Made by a program: the position numbers and the translations under genes. Positions 20,171-30,576 of a stretch of 64,000 nt of DNA are shown piece by piece (positions within the stretch are counted from its first letter, which is position 1; the number at the start of each line of letters is the position of its first letter). The stretch lies in NCBI GenBank assembly GCA_963706575.1, contig CAVPNL010000003.1:96001-160000 (forward strand). The letters are read 5' to 3'. Source of the stretch: an uncultured delta proteobacterium (lineage in GTDB: Bacteria; Desulfobacterota; Desulfobacteria; Desulfobacterales; JAHEIW01). Below the pieces are notes generated by a model. That model had not been told where the DNA came from and did not search any database. It saw nothing but the letters and a program-made list of their open reading frames with translations.

Positions 20171-21430
20171 ATGACTGCCGCCGGGCCGCATATATTGATT
20201 ATCAATCAGCACGGTGAAAACCGCGGGGATGAATCTGCTATGCGTGCTATGATCCGATCGCTTTATCAGCGCATACCAACAGCATCTTTTACGGTTGTCG
20301 CTCAACTGAGAGACCGGCATCTAAAGATTCCCTTTAAGAATGTTGAGGTTGAAGTACACAATATGCTAATGAGTGGGGGCGAGTTGTTACGGCTCGCATT
20401 TTATGCTGTATTAAAATTTTTCCGACTTGATATGGAATTTATATTAGGCCAGGAAGGAAAATCAATTGTCCAGGCTTACCGTGAGTCTCAAATCGTCATC
20501 TCTGCCCCCGGCGGCCCCTACTTCGGTGATATCTATTGGCACCATGAAGCTTTGCACTGGCTCTTTGTGTGGCTGGGGCACCTTCATAAAAAGAGAATAC
20601 TGCTCTATTCTCCTTCGGTAGGACCATTCCATATCGGCATTTTGAGAGTAATTCGTCGTTATTTGTTTAAATTTTTTGCAGTGCTTTGTGTGCGGGAGAA
20701 GATCTCGAAATCACATTTGAATGAATTACTTGGAAATCGTCAGGTGCATGTGACAGCCGATTCAGCATTCCAGGAATCCATTGCCCCGGATGATCGAAGC
20801 AATTTCTTGAGCAGCCGCAACCTCGCGGAAGTGGACCCTTTTCTGGTAGCCGTTTCAGTCATCGATTATAAATTTCCCGGGGACTCTGATCCGGATATCA
20901 AACGTGAAGCGTATCGAAAAACGTTGCTTGCCGCTTTAAACCGGATTGCAGCCAAGCGATCAGCTTATTTCATCTTTTTGCCCCAGCTTTACGGCCGGTA
21001 TCACTCGGATCGCAGCTATCTCGAAACGATCGCAAAAAGCCTTCCAGATAATACCGGTTTTGAGATTATAAAATCGGATGTTGATTCAGATGGACAACGG
21101 GCAATCATCGGCATGTGTGACTTTTGTATCGCCAGCCGCTATCACCCCCAAATATTTGCCCTGTCTTCCCGGGTTCCCGGAATCTGTTTTTACTATGAGC
21201 ATAAGACGCTCGGGATTATGAATATGTTCGGCTTAGAGCGCTTTGCCTTTGACATACGCCGATGTGACCCGGATACCACCAGTAGCGCTATTGATGAAAT
21301 CCTGACGGATCCAGCAAAAGTGACGACGGCCATTGAACACGTGCTTCCGGAGGTTCAACAGAGAGCCGGAATCAGCACTGATCTGGTAATCGCAAATATG
21401 GATTCTGAATGCAATAGAGGAAAAAAGTGA
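20171..21430 (+). CDS. Polysaccharide pyruvyl transferase family (WcaK-like)
   Basis: NRGDESAM, SAPGGPYFGD, SVGPF, VRE..S, TADSAF and ASRYHPQIFA motifs. Confidence 0.85.
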   Translation: MTAAGPHILIINQHGENRGDESAMRAMIRSLYQRIPTASFTVVAQLRDRHLKIPFKNVEVEVHNMLMSGGELLRLAFYAVLKFFRLDMEFILGQEGKSIVQAYRESQIVISAPGGPYFGDIYWHHEALHWLFVWLGHLHKKRILLYSPSVGPFHIGILRVIRRYLFKFFAVLCVREKISKSHLNELLGNRQVHVTADSAFQESIAPDDRSNFLSSRNLAEVDPFLVAVSVIDYKFPGDSDPDIKREAYRKTLLAALNRIAAKRSAYFIFLPQLYGRYHSDRSYLETIAKSLPDNTGFEIIKSDVDSDGQRAIIGMCDFCIASRYHPQIFALSSRVPGICFYYEHKTLGIMNMFGLERFAFDIRRCDPDTTSSAIDEILTDPAKVTTAIEHVLPEVQQRAGISTDLVIANMDSECNRGKK

Positions 21431-21433
21431 TAA

Positions 21434-23296
21434 ATGTCTGTTCTTTTCATCGATACGTTTGATGCCAAGCGAGTTTCTGAGTTTGGCGCTGGTGAACCTT
21501 CTTGGCCACCTTATTTTCCAAAGACGCTATTCAAGTTTACCTCCAATATTAATGGCCGATATATCAAATGTTTTTTAATCGGAAGACCATCCGAATCCTA
21601 TTTCAATTGGGAGACCGAAACGCACCTTGTTTTGACGGATACAATCTCCGATTCGTCTTGCCGGCGACTCAAAACGATTTTTGACACCGGTCTGCCGAGT
21701 GAAGACCAAGCTGTATTGTACGCCATCATTGAGGCATTATATCAAAGCGAGTCTTACCTTGCCCTTGTGTTGAATAAAAGCACGGGCGCCCTACATTTTA
21801 TTAACCCGCCGGGTGGTTACCAAAATGTATTCTATGTAAATGCAAAAAACCGCTGGTTAATTTCATCGCGGATCGCTTTATTGCCGCTTGTCAGGGAATT
21901 TCGGCTGAAACCAAACCTGAACATGCAGCGCTTCTTTCTCGCGTACCAATTTTATTCTGATGCCCAAACTCAATATGAGGGTGTGAAATGTCTTCCGGAG
22001 GGCTATACGATTCGGTTTGATACCAACGCAACCATTGAACAAATTGACTATTCACCCAAGCCGTTCGAATTAAGCCAGGATTTATCTATAGAAGAACTCA
22101 TCGAAAGATTATATAAGTCATTCATGCAGGTGCTTGAATTGCAAGCAGCCGGTATGAACCCCGTTGGCGTTATGCTCGGTGGTTTCGATTCAGCCTTGAT
22201 CGCATCAGGCCTGTCCAGGCTTGGTAAAAGAGTTGAAACCTACAGCTTCAGCTACCGTGATCCCCGTTTCAACCAGCGACATATCGAAAGCATCGCAACC
22301 CTGCCGAAAGTCCATCATCACTGGCACCTAATCACACCGGAGCTTATGCGCGATGGTCTCGGGAAATTCCCGTTTTTTTTCAATACGCCGGTCAGCCAAC
22401 CCCACTATTTAATTAGCACCCGTGCAATGGCCGAGCGGATGTTTTCCGAGGGATTAAAACTTTGCTTTACCGGTGATGGATGCGACGGAATCTTTTTTGG
22501 GTATCCGAGCGTTCTCAGAAGAGCCCGATTAATTGAAAAACTGGATCGCCTCCCCTCACCCTTAATCCGCGTTTTAGAGGCGCTTTCCCGATCGAAATAC
22601 ATTGAGCGCAAATTGGGACAGCCTTACCGTATTTTCCGTCACATGCTAAGCCTTCTGCGAAGAGAGAAATCCTATCGGTCCTACATTACCGCCTGCATTG
22701 CTGACAAATATACGCTAGAATTTTTGACAGGCGGACAGCAGCTGAAGGGACTTGATCAAACAGATGAAATCATCGTTGATCTCACGGATAAGGCCTACAA
22801 CGAAAATTATCAAAAAATGGCCTATGCCGGGAAAAATCTGGTCGGATTGAATAAGAACAAGTTGGCCGGCAGCGCGGAGAGCACAGGCCTTATTATCCAG
22901 TCTCCTTACCTGCATGGCCAAATAAAAATGTTCAGCCAGTCTCTTCCGGATACATTCTGGCTCAGAAAGACAAATCAGGGGATTACCGGAAAATTTCTAC
23001 TTGCCAAGATGGCTGAAGCAAAAAAATTACTCCCCACAGTGGTAATTTACCAACCCAAAATGTCGCCGGTCTTCTCCCCGGTAGATGATTGGTATGTGTC
23101 GACTCTGCGTGCGGAAGTCCTAAATCAACTGAAAAGCCTTCCGTTTCCGATTGACCCTTGCTTCGTCAATGATCTCCTGCGCCCCAAACTTCCTGAAAGG
23201 ATCTACAAACGGTTAATTACAATCGACAATCTCTGCAGTCAACTCATCGGACTGCTTGTGACATATGCCCTGTTTTATTCCATTCTAAAAAAATGA
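21434..23296 (+). CDS. Asparagine-synthetase-like amidoligase lacking the N-terminal Cys
   Basis: PP-loop-like MLGGFDSAL, FTGDGCDGIFFGY, SPYL and GKFLL; N-terminus is MSVLF rather than MC. Confidence 0.78.
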   Translation: MSVLFIDTFDAKRVSEFGAGEPSWPPYFPKTLFKFTSNINGRYIKCFLIGRPSESYFNWETETHLVLTDTISDSSCRRLKTIFDTGLPSEDQAVLYAIIEALYQSESYLALVLNKSTGALHFINPPGGYQNVFYVNAKNRWLISSRIALLPLVREFRLKPNLNMQRFFLAYQFYSDAQTQYEGVKCLPEGYTIRFDTNATIEQIDYSPKPFELSQDLSIEELIERLYKSFMQVLELQAAGMNPVGVMLGGFDSALIASGLSRLGKRVETYSFSYRDPRFNQRHIESIATLPKVHHHWHLITPELMRDGLGKFPFFFNTPVSQPHYLISTRAMAERMFSEGLKLCFTGDGCDGIFFGYPSVLRRARLIEKLDRLPSPLIRVLEALSRSKYIERKLGQPYRIFRHMLSLLRREKSYRSYITACIADKYTLEFLTGGQQLKGLDQTDEIIVDLTDKAYNENYQKMAYAGKNLVGLNKNKLAGSAESTGLIIQSPYLHGQIKMFSQSLPDTFWLRKTNQGITGKFLLAKMAEAKKLLPTVVIYQPKMSPVFSPVDDWYVSTLRAEVLNQLKSLPFPIDPCFVNDLLRPKLPERIYKRLITIDNLCSQLIGLLVTYALFYSILKK

Positions 23297-23319
23297 TCTT
23301 TGATAGGGCTGCGATCTGT

Positions 23320-24180
23320 TCATGCATTCTCGATTTTCCTTTTCCGCAGCCGGTTTAGCGTCCTCTCGACATATCGAATAATCGGTCTTGGAAGTACACG
23401 TCTATATAACTGCCGCGCGAGCAGTAATGGCACGTGTTTACTATAGTGCCACAGTAATACTGCGCGGCGGCTTTCGGTGTGATCGAAAAGGTAATTTGCG
23501 GTCAAATGATTGGAAGTCTTTGAAATTTTTAACTGTTTTGAAAAAAGAAATCCCAGCAAATCCATGGGCGTCTTTCCTCTTTCCCGATCACCCCATGAAT
23601 GAATCCCGACGATAAACTTCGTATGAACATCCACTAAAAACTTCGCAGCCCCTTTCAGCACACGATATTCGGCACCTTCAACGTCTATCTTCACAACCGC
23701 CTTTCGTTTGGAGTCGTAAAAATCGTCCAGCATGACCTGCGGCACCTCGACGACATTGTAATCATCAGCGCGTTCCGAAATGGCGAACACGCCACCACTG
23801 ATATGGGTTCCCGTCTTAAAAAACTTAGCCGATTCTCTTGAATCTCCGGCAATCGCATGGACCGCTTTGATCGTATTACGGCCTTCCTTTTCCCATTTAA
23901 AGCAATTTCGCCGGAGTTCAGCAAAGCGGTCGGGATCCGCTTCGATCGCATAAATGCGCGCATCTGATAATATTTTATTGGCGAAGTAAGTGTACATCCC
24001 GAGCGAAGCACCAACATCAACAAAGAGATTACATTCCGCTAACATTTCCGGAAGACGTTCAATCTCTTCTTTCTCGATTTGTTGTTCTCCAAAGTAAGTT
24101 TTATACAGATATTCTAAACTGGCGCTGAGTTTTTCCGATCTCTCTTCATCAGTCATCATTCTTCGACATTCTTTCGCCAT
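23320..24180 (-). CDS. FkbM family methyltransferase
   Basis: FVDVGASLGMYT, AIEADP and VKIDVEGAEYRVLKG motifs. Confidence 0.88.
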   Translation of the reverse strand: MAKECRRMMTDEERSEKLSASLEYLYKTYFGEQQIEKEEIERLPEMLAECNLFVDVGASLGMYTYFANKILSDARIYAIEADPDRFAELRRNCFKWEKEGRNTIKAVHAIAGDSRESAKFFKTGTHISGGVFAISERADDYNVVEVPQVMLDDFYDSKRKAVVKIDVEGAEYRVLKGAAKFLVDVHTKFIVGIHSWGDRERGKTPMDLLGFLFSKQLKISKTSNHLTANYLFDHTESRRAVLLWHYSKHVPLLLARQLYRRVLPRPIIRYVERTLNRLRKRKIENA

Positions 24181-24231
24181 GAAATTGTTTGGAAATAAAA
24201 TAAAGAAATTTGAACCGGGATTAAGCCGAGG

Positions 24232-25224
24232 TCATATACCTTTGTCTTGCATGTCAGATGCAGGCCTTATTTGTGATTTGATTTGATTTGTGTTGGCTGC
24301 AAAATAAAGCACAACGTACGATATCGCCCCAAATATGAAGGTCGCGACAATTAGAACACCGCGATCTACGGTGGCCATGAAAATGCCGCTTTCGAAACCA
24401 TACCCGGTTAACCTGCTGACGATTCCCAGGAGTGTCTCCCTGAAGCCAATTCCACCGGGCGTTAAGACGAGCAAGGAAGTAGAAATCGCTATTGGTGCCA
24501 TTAAAAACAGAACGATAATAGGAACGCGCTCATTTAAAAGCATAGAGCTTACAAAAAACCTAAAGGTAAAGATGATTATCTGCAGTAAGATAAACAGGGA
24601 TGTTTTAAACATCAGCGCCCTGTTATCTGAGAACATCCCAAGGCTGCTGTTAAATAGTTCAAATTTTTTCGACAACCTGTTTTGCGGCTGCCGATTGAAA
24701 AGATATGTTTTCTGGAACCAGTAGCCCCCAAGAGGTAGCCCGATGAACCCGATCATCAACAGGCAAAAGCCAATATTGAAACGCTGGTAGGTAAAATAGA
24801 TGTATCCGACACAGACGATTCCGATTATCCCCGTTAAAACAATCAGAAGCAAGAATCTGAAAACGATTATGCTGCCGAATTGTTGGTAGTTGACATTGAA
24901 ATTCTTTTTAAGATAATGCATCCGGTACAGTGTTCCCAATCTAAACGGAAGATGGTTGCCCAGAACGGATGCACAGATAAGCAATACATTTTTAAATAGT
25001 CCGATTCTCACACCTTGATAATCAAGTAAAAGCTTTGCTTGGAAAGCATTTGCAAGCCAGGTAAGAATAATCAGAATCGTCAATATCAACAAATAGCGTA
25101 TTCTAATATTCAATAAATTACGGAAGACATCCCATTTGACGATAATAAAATAGACATAAAAGCTTAAAATAGATAGGTTTAAAAAGATTGATATCGCTTT
25201 TCGCATGTTCAGTTTAGAATTCAA
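24232..25224 (-). CDS. UPF0104/LPG-synthase-TM flippase-like membrane protein
   Basis: NHLPFRLG and TPGGIGFRE motifs; many TM helices; AT-rich. Confidence 0.8.
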   Translation of the reverse strand: MNSKLNMRKAISIFLNLSILSFYVYFIIVKWDVFRNLLNIRIRYLLILTILIILTWLANAFQAKLLLDYQGVRIGLFKNVLLICASVLGNHLPFRLGTLYRMHYLKKNFNVNYQQFGSIIVFRFLLLIVLTGIIGIVCVGYIYFTYQRFNIGFCLLMIGFIGLPLGGYWFQKTYLFNRQPQNRLSKKFELFNSSLGMFSDNRALMFKTSLFILLQIIIFTFRFFVSSMLLNERVPIIVLFLMAPIAISTSLLVLTPGGIGFRETLLGIVSRLTGYGFESGIFMATVDRGVLIVATFIFGAISYVVLYFAANTNQIKSQIRPASDMQDKGI

Positions 25225-25356
25225 TGTTTAATTAATCCACGTTCAAATCGAAAGGATCCATCCGGTCGTTATGAATTCATTATAGCCGACTATGGTGCTA
25301 AGTTTCTTAATTTTACTTTTGGATTTGCTTTTCTAATAGGTGGCATCAAAAGCAGT

Positions 25357-26256
25357 TTAATTATCCTGAGGATCCGATTGTCCTCTCGCTCGTGGAAAGC
25401 TGCGCCTCTCAAATCTCATCTGGCATATCTGCTCGGATATGAGACTCATCATAAAAATGATGATCGAAGTCACATATAGTAAAGCGCTCATATTCGTAAA
25501 ACGACCCTCCGTAATGAACGAATAGGCATACCGAATCGTACCCAGCAAGAACATGACAAAACTTACCGGCAGAAAAACCCGCATCGGTGAGTACAGCGTA
25601 CAGATTCGAATAATAATCATAAAAAAACGGACACCATCATGAAGTAATCTAATATTGCTGGAACCCTTGCGTCGGCGTTGAGTGGTGATCGGAATATATT
25701 TTATACTTCTTCCAGATCTTAAAACACCAAGCGTAATGGTAGTCGGATAGGAATACGTATTGGGAAGCAAATAAAGAAAACTGCGCGCGATTTCGGCTTT
25801 GACAGCCCGAAAGCCGGATGTCAGGTCTTCGATAGGGAACTTCGACACATAGGAACCGAGCCAGTTATAAATTTTATTGCCGATACCTCGGCCAACCGAC
25901 GCTTGACTCCCTTTGCCCCGAGCCCCGACGATCATGTCGAACTCTGGCAAATGGTTCAACATTTTCTCAATATCTTCCGGATCATGCTGGCCGTCACCGT
26001 CCATAAAAACAAAAATGTCACCGCTCGCGACGCGGATGCCGCTTTTAATTGCGGCGCCGTTGCCGATGTTGTATGGGTGGCTGTAAACTCGCGCACCGGA
26101 ATCCGCTGCAACTTCCGCGGTGTTGTCTTCCGACCCATCATCGATCACAACAATTTCAAAATCCGGATACCGCTGCTGAACTGTTTGAACCAGATCCCCA
26201 ATGGTCTGGGACTCATTGAACGCCGGAATCACAACTGAAACTTTTGCTTCTATCAT
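25357..26256 (-). CDS. GT2 polyprenol-phosphate glycosyltransferase (DPM1-like) with C-terminal TMs
   Basis: VVIPAFNE, IDDGSED, FMDGDGQHDP and DLTSGFRA motifs; two C-terminal TMs. Confidence 0.9.
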   Translation of the reverse strand: MIEAKVSVVIPAFNESQTIGDLVQTVQQRYPDFEIVVIDDGSEDNTAEVAADSGARVYSHPYNIGNGAAIKSGIRVASGDIFVFMDGDGQHDPEDIEKMLNHLPEFDMIVGARGKGSQASVGRGIGNKIYNWLGSYVSKFPIEDLTSGFRAVKAEIARSFLYLLPNTYSYPTTITLGVLRSGRSIKYIPITTQRRRKGSSNIRLLHDGVRFFMIIIRICTLYSPMRVFLPVSFVMFLLGTIRYAYSFITEGRFTNMSALLYVTSIIIFMMSLISEQICQMRFERRSFPRARGQSDPQDN

Positions 26257-26481
26257 ATCTTATGAGATGTATTTTGATTGTGCTGTGCTGGTAGCCATAG
26301 GGAAAAAATGGTCCTATCCAGCAATCGATGGTGTTCGGATGTGCTTAATTATATTCCGAATCCAATTAATTTACAAGCGCAGTTCGCTATCCCTAAGTCA
26401 TATTATTTTTGGACAAGATATTCGATTCTTCCGTTAGGCCGTATAATGAATCGCCGGTAGTGATTTCAGTCGTTTTTGCCT

Positions 26482-27663
26482 TTAGCGTTTTAGCGCATAT
26501 TTAATTATTTCCGGTGGTATCTGCGCTAAATAAACTTTTTCGTCAATAACGAAAGCAGGCGTTCCGTTTATTTGCAATTTTATTGCGCTTATAATGTCGT
26601 CTTGCAGCAACAATCGCGCGTTTCTATCATTTACCGAACGCGCAAGCGTTTTTGGATCCATTTCGAGCCTGGCGGCCAATTTTCTGATATTAATGACGTC
26701 GCTTTCTCCTGCTATTTCAAATAAGAGGTCATTCATCTGCCAGAATTTATTCCGGGTGGCGGCATGGATGGCTATCAGGGCCATTTTGCCCGAACCGATA
26801 TGAAAGGGCTCTTTAACGATCGGATTAACCGAATGGTCCATCGGGAAGTTGCGGTGGATCAACCGGATTTTGTCGGGATGTTGGGCGATTAATTGACGAA
26901 GGAAAAAATGCATTTTTTTGCATTGGAAACATTTATAATCCGTATATTCCGTAATGATCAGTTTCGGGTTTTCAGCACCGATCCAGGGATGCCCGTCTTT
27001 GGTCGTCCCTGAATTGAGTTTGGAAGTCAACCCCGGCGGTTCAAACTGCCAGTAAGCGGGAAAAAATAGCAAAAGCAGTATAATTCCAGCAAGAAATGGC
27101 GTAAACATGCGTAACACATACGACCGCCTAGTTTTAAGAAACTGGATATCTTTCTTTAAGCCTGCTATAAGACCGCTGCTTTTGAATCGGCTGCGAACCA
27201 TACGCGTGTAAAACAAAAGCAGTAAATTTACGGCGTAAAGCACCATACACATAATGCAGTAACTGTGAATATGAAAGATCGATATGGCCGCCAGAACGAT
27301 GCTATACAGCGTAAACGCTGCTGCGATCAAAAACAGCAGGGTCCATGGGCGCTTATGCTCCGCATCTTTATTTTTGGCAATCAACAAAAAAAGCAGAAAA
27401 AAAATGTAACCCACAACGCCCCAAACGGGAACCGGCAGGCGCCAAAAAATGGAATAGCTGCTTTCTGATACGGTATCGCAGTTAATGGCCTTTGAAATAG
27501 CGCAGAAGCTTTTATACCCGATGTCGGTATACACCCGGAAGTGGGAGTAAGAAAGGTATAGGGACACAATCAGTCCGACAAGAGCAAGAAAAACAACTGT
27601 ATAATAATAAACAGCAAAAGGAAGTGGCTGGATCGACTTGTCTTTGGTAAAAAGTTTGCGCAT
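26482..27663 (-). CDS. VKOR + DsbA/thioredoxin-like fusion
   Basis: VKOR loop cysteines (SFCAISKAINCDTV) and YCIMC; C-terminal EYTDYKCFQC and cis-Pro GTPAF. Confidence 0.9.
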   Translation of the reverse strand: MRKLFTKDKSIQPLPFAVYYYTVVFLALVGLIVSLYLSYSHFRVYTDIGYKSFCAISKAINCDTVSESSYSIFWRLPVPVWGVVGYIFFLLFLLIAKNKDAEHKRPWTLLFLIAAAFTLYSIVLAAISIFHIHSYCIMCMVLYAVNLLLLFYTRMVRSRFKSSGLIAGLKKDIQFLKTRRSYVLRMFTPFLAGIILLLLFFPAYWQFEPPGLTSKLNSGTTKDGHPWIGAENPKLIITEYTDYKCFQCKKMHFFLRQLIAQHPDKIRLIHRNFPMDHSVNPIVKEPFHIGSGKMALIAIHAATRNKFWQMNDLLFEIAGESDVINIRKLAARLEMDPKTLARSVNDRNARLLLQDDIISAIKLQINGTPAFVIDEKVYLAQIPPEIIKYALKR

Positions 27664-27683
27664 GGATTAATTCGATTCCGTTT

Positions 27684-29747
27684 TCAGGCAGAAGATTGTT
27701 CGATAAGCTTTAGGATTTTTTCTTTGGACTCAGCCGGTAAAAAATTCTTCCCCGAATCATCGTGCAGCAAAACAAGCAATTCCTCTGACGGAACAATTAT
27801 TAATAATTTTTTTAGATACCGATCAACATCCTGCCGGTCATTAACGTTGAGATTGGTTTCAACCAACCACAACAAAGATAACTCATCATTCGGCGCGAAT
27901 TCCAGCACCCTGCTAAAAATAGCTTCAGCGCGCTCGTAATTCCCCATTAAATTGTTGCAAATGCCCACACCCAGCAGGGCCTGCTGGTTTTCGGAAACGA
28001 GACTTAAACATTGTTCGAAATACTTGAGTGCCGCTTCATAGTGGTTCTGGTTTAGCAACACGTAGCCGTTTAAATAGGTGAAATCAAAATGGCGAGGATA
28101 CCGCGCCATAATCTGATTGAGGTTTTCCAATGCCGCATTCCAGTTTTTCATTTCGATTAAGCCAATGACATATCGATGTCGGATGACGTCATCACCGGGT
28201 AAGAGTTCTAAAGCATTTTGCCAGAGTTCAGTGGCTTTCTGATAATTTTTTTTATGAACATAAAGCAACGCCAGATTACTCATTGCAATCGGATTGGCAG
28301 AATTACTGTTTGTTCTGAGATTCAAGGATTTTTCGTATAGCGCGATCGCCTTATCGTACTGCCCAGTTTTGGTATAGTATGACCAGGCCAGGTTATGAAG
28401 GGGACGATGAGAATTGGGCGCTTTTTGCATGGCATCTTCCCACAACGCTTTTTCAGTTGTCCAGGTCATGTTTCGGATGTAGGTGCCGGCGCCGATGCCC
28501 ATAATTATTAAAATCAAAGAGCAGATCAACACAAATCGAAAGGTTTTGTTTCTCTTTTCATAATGATTCAACAGCCTTTTGAATCCTGCAGCAACCGGCA
28601 GGAATAAAAATAGAGACGGCAGGTAGTTGCGATGTTCGAAAATCAGCTCAAGCGGGATGATCGTGGATTCGATCACATGATTTAAATAGAAAAACAAAAT
28701 CGCTAATGCCAGTAACGGTCGCTTTTTAATCTGAAATAGCCCGAAGCCGATTAAAACAATATGAAAAAATATCGCTGGCAGTGTGGTCCAGGGGTCAAAC
28801 AAAGCGGTAGAAACGGTAATATCGTGCTCAATGGAAAGCCTTGCGGGTAAAGGATAAAAGATCAGGCTCAGGTAGAAAAACACAATGCGAGGTTCGGTTA
28901 AAAGGCGCTCAGACAGAGTGAAGGGCCGCCCGCTATACCCTTTGAAAAATGCAAAAGGATTACCCGGCAGGAATAGCAAAGCACTAAAAACAACCAGCAA
29001 CCCGCCTGCGGCAATTGTTCCCCAAAAAAAAGTCCTTCTCACCCTCTGAGAGTTCAGATCTTGAAAACAAATCATTTCAATCAAAATAACGGCCAGCGGA
29101 AACGTTGCCGCATTTTGCTTTGATCCCAACGCCAGCAAAAAACCTGCCGCGCAACCCAATAACAGAAATGTGCGGCATAGCGGATGCTCGCTTTGCCGAA
29201 CTTTTAAATAAAGATAAAGACTCAGAATATAGAACATGGCAGCCATTGAAGCCATGCGTTGAACGATATAGGTTACGGTCTGAACTTGAATCGGATTAAT
29301 GGCCCATAGCACCGCTGCCAGGAAGGCAATAAAATTTTCTTTGCCTTGATATTGGGTTTTTAAATTTGGTGATTTGAGGATACTGAGAATTGTAAGAAAC
29401 AGGAGGTACGCCGTTAGAATGTGAACCAAAATGTTGACAACATGATAGCCGAAGACCCTGTCTTTGCCAAAATACCAGTTGATTGCAAAGGTCAGGCATG
29501 GAATCGGACGGTAGAGTCGGTCGGTGATGGTCCCTCCGAATTTGGGAGCCGTAAAAAAAGTCCGCATCAGCGAACCCGTCTGCAGGTTGGTAATGTGTAA
29601 GCCCCTGTTATCGACGATATTGGGCCGATCATCCAGATGCCAGGAGGCATTAAATGAATTGGAATAGATCAGGACAATAATTAAAGTGAAAAAAAATAAG
29701 GCCAGCAGACTTTTTAGTCGCCATTTTTGATTCTTAGTCTCTATCAT
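27684..29747 (-). CDS. TMTC-like GT-C membrane glycosyltransferase with C-terminal TPRs (#3)
   Basis: WHLDD...N, YRP...TFAINW, INPIQVQTVTYIVQR and EHRNYLPS motifs; multiple TMs, then TPR repeats. Confidence 0.82.
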   Translation of the reverse strand: MIETKNQKWRLKSLLALFFFTLIIVLIYSNSFNASWHLDDRPNIVDNRGLHITNLQTGSLMRTFFTAPKFGGTITDRLYRPIPCLTFAINWYFGKDRVFGYHVVNILVHILTAYLLFLTILSILKSPNLKTQYQGKENFIAFLAAVLWAINPIQVQTVTYIVQRMASMAAMFYILSLYLYLKVRQSEHPLCRTFLLLGCAAGFLLALGSKQNAATFPLAVILIEMICFQDLNSQRVRRTFFWGTIAAGGLLVVFSALLFLPGNPFAFFKGYSGRPFTLSERLLTEPRIVFFYLSLIFYPLPARLSIEHDITVSTALFDPWTTLPAIFFHIVLIGFGLFQIKKRPLLALAILFFYLNHVIESTIIPLELIFEHRNYLPSLFLFLPVAAGFKRLLNHYEKRNKTFRFVLICSLILIIMGIGAGTYIRNMTWTTEKALWEDAMQKAPNSHRPLHNLAWSYYTKTGQYDKAIALYEKSLNLRTNSNSANPIAMSNLALLYVHKKNYQKATELWQNALELLPGDDVIRHRYVIGLIEMKNWNAALENLNQIMARYPRHFDFTYLNGYVLLNQNHYEAALKYFEQCLSLVSENQQALLGVGICNNLMGNYERAEAIFSRVLEFAPNDELSLLWLVETNLNVNDRQDVDRYLKKLLIIVPSEELLVLLHDDSGKNFLPAESKEKILKLIEQSSA

Positions 29748-30540
29748 TGATCGTGTTTGTCTCTTTTAAAATATTAGACTTTATCAAAATTACCGAAGAG
29801 AGAGATAAAGGCATCATTTTGGCATCAAGCCATACAAAGCCTTTATAAAATAAGTTTGTCCACTTGAAAAATGAAACAAATAAATCCATAAACCGGTGGG
29901 TGCGGACAGTCCCGGATATAGCGCCTGATAACTTACGTCTTTGAATTATCGAATAAAAATAAACCGCCAGGCTCATGGTAATTTTCTCCAACGGACCGAG
30001 CATCTTTGCCAGGCAAACCGGTTTGAAACCGGCCGATTTGAGTCGGTTCTTTATTTCAGGAATCTCATAGCGACGATAGTGTTTGACGAAAAGATCATCA
30101 TTGGCAAAATAACGCTTTCGGTGAGGAACGGTAATAATCAGACAGCCGGAGTCCTTGTTAAGGACCCGTGCTATTTCTTTAAGCGTCTGCAGATCATGCT
30201 CGATATGCTCTAAAACTTCCGAACAGATGGAATGTGAAAAAACATTTGATTTAAAGGGCAAATGCATTCCATCGGCGACCACATAATATCCTTGCCGTTG
30301 ACTGCGTTTAAGTAAACCGACGGCATCAAAAGACAAATCAGAATAAACCGTGTGACCCGAGCTTGTTATTAAAGGAGATATTCCGCTTCCGACTTCCAAT
30401 ATCCGCTGGGGTACTTCTTTGAACAAACTCTTTTGAACAGCTCTTTTGCGCAAACAGTAATTATAAAGATAATTCTTCAAAGCGATGTATTTTTTTTCTT
30501 TGAAAAGATCCTGAAAATTTCTGGTGTCTCTGGAGTTCAT
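29734..30540 (-). CDS. Class I SAM-dependent methyltransferase
   Basis: ILEVGSG, ADGMHLPF, CSEVLEHIE and HYRRY motifs. Confidence 0.88.
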   Translation of the reverse strand: MNSRDTRNFQDLFKEKKYIALKNYLYNYCLRKRAVQKSLFKEVPQRILEVGSGISPLITSSGHTVYSDLSFDAVGLLKRSQRQGYYVVADGMHLPFKSNVFSHSICSEVLEHIEHDLQTLKEIARVLNKDSGCLIITVPHRKRYFANDDLFVKHYRRYEIPEIKNRLKSAGFKPVCLAKMLGPLEKITMSLAVYFYSIIQRRKLSGAISGTVRTHRFMDLFVSFFKWTNLFYKGFVWLDAKMMPLSLSSVILIKSNILKETNTINDRD

Positions 30541-30576
30541 AAAAAACCTTGCAGATTAGTTACCCATGGAAAAAAA

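Noticed and set aside
21434..23296. Lasso peptide cyclase
   Set aside because: No precursor, B protein or RRE nearby; the neighbours are glycan enzymes.
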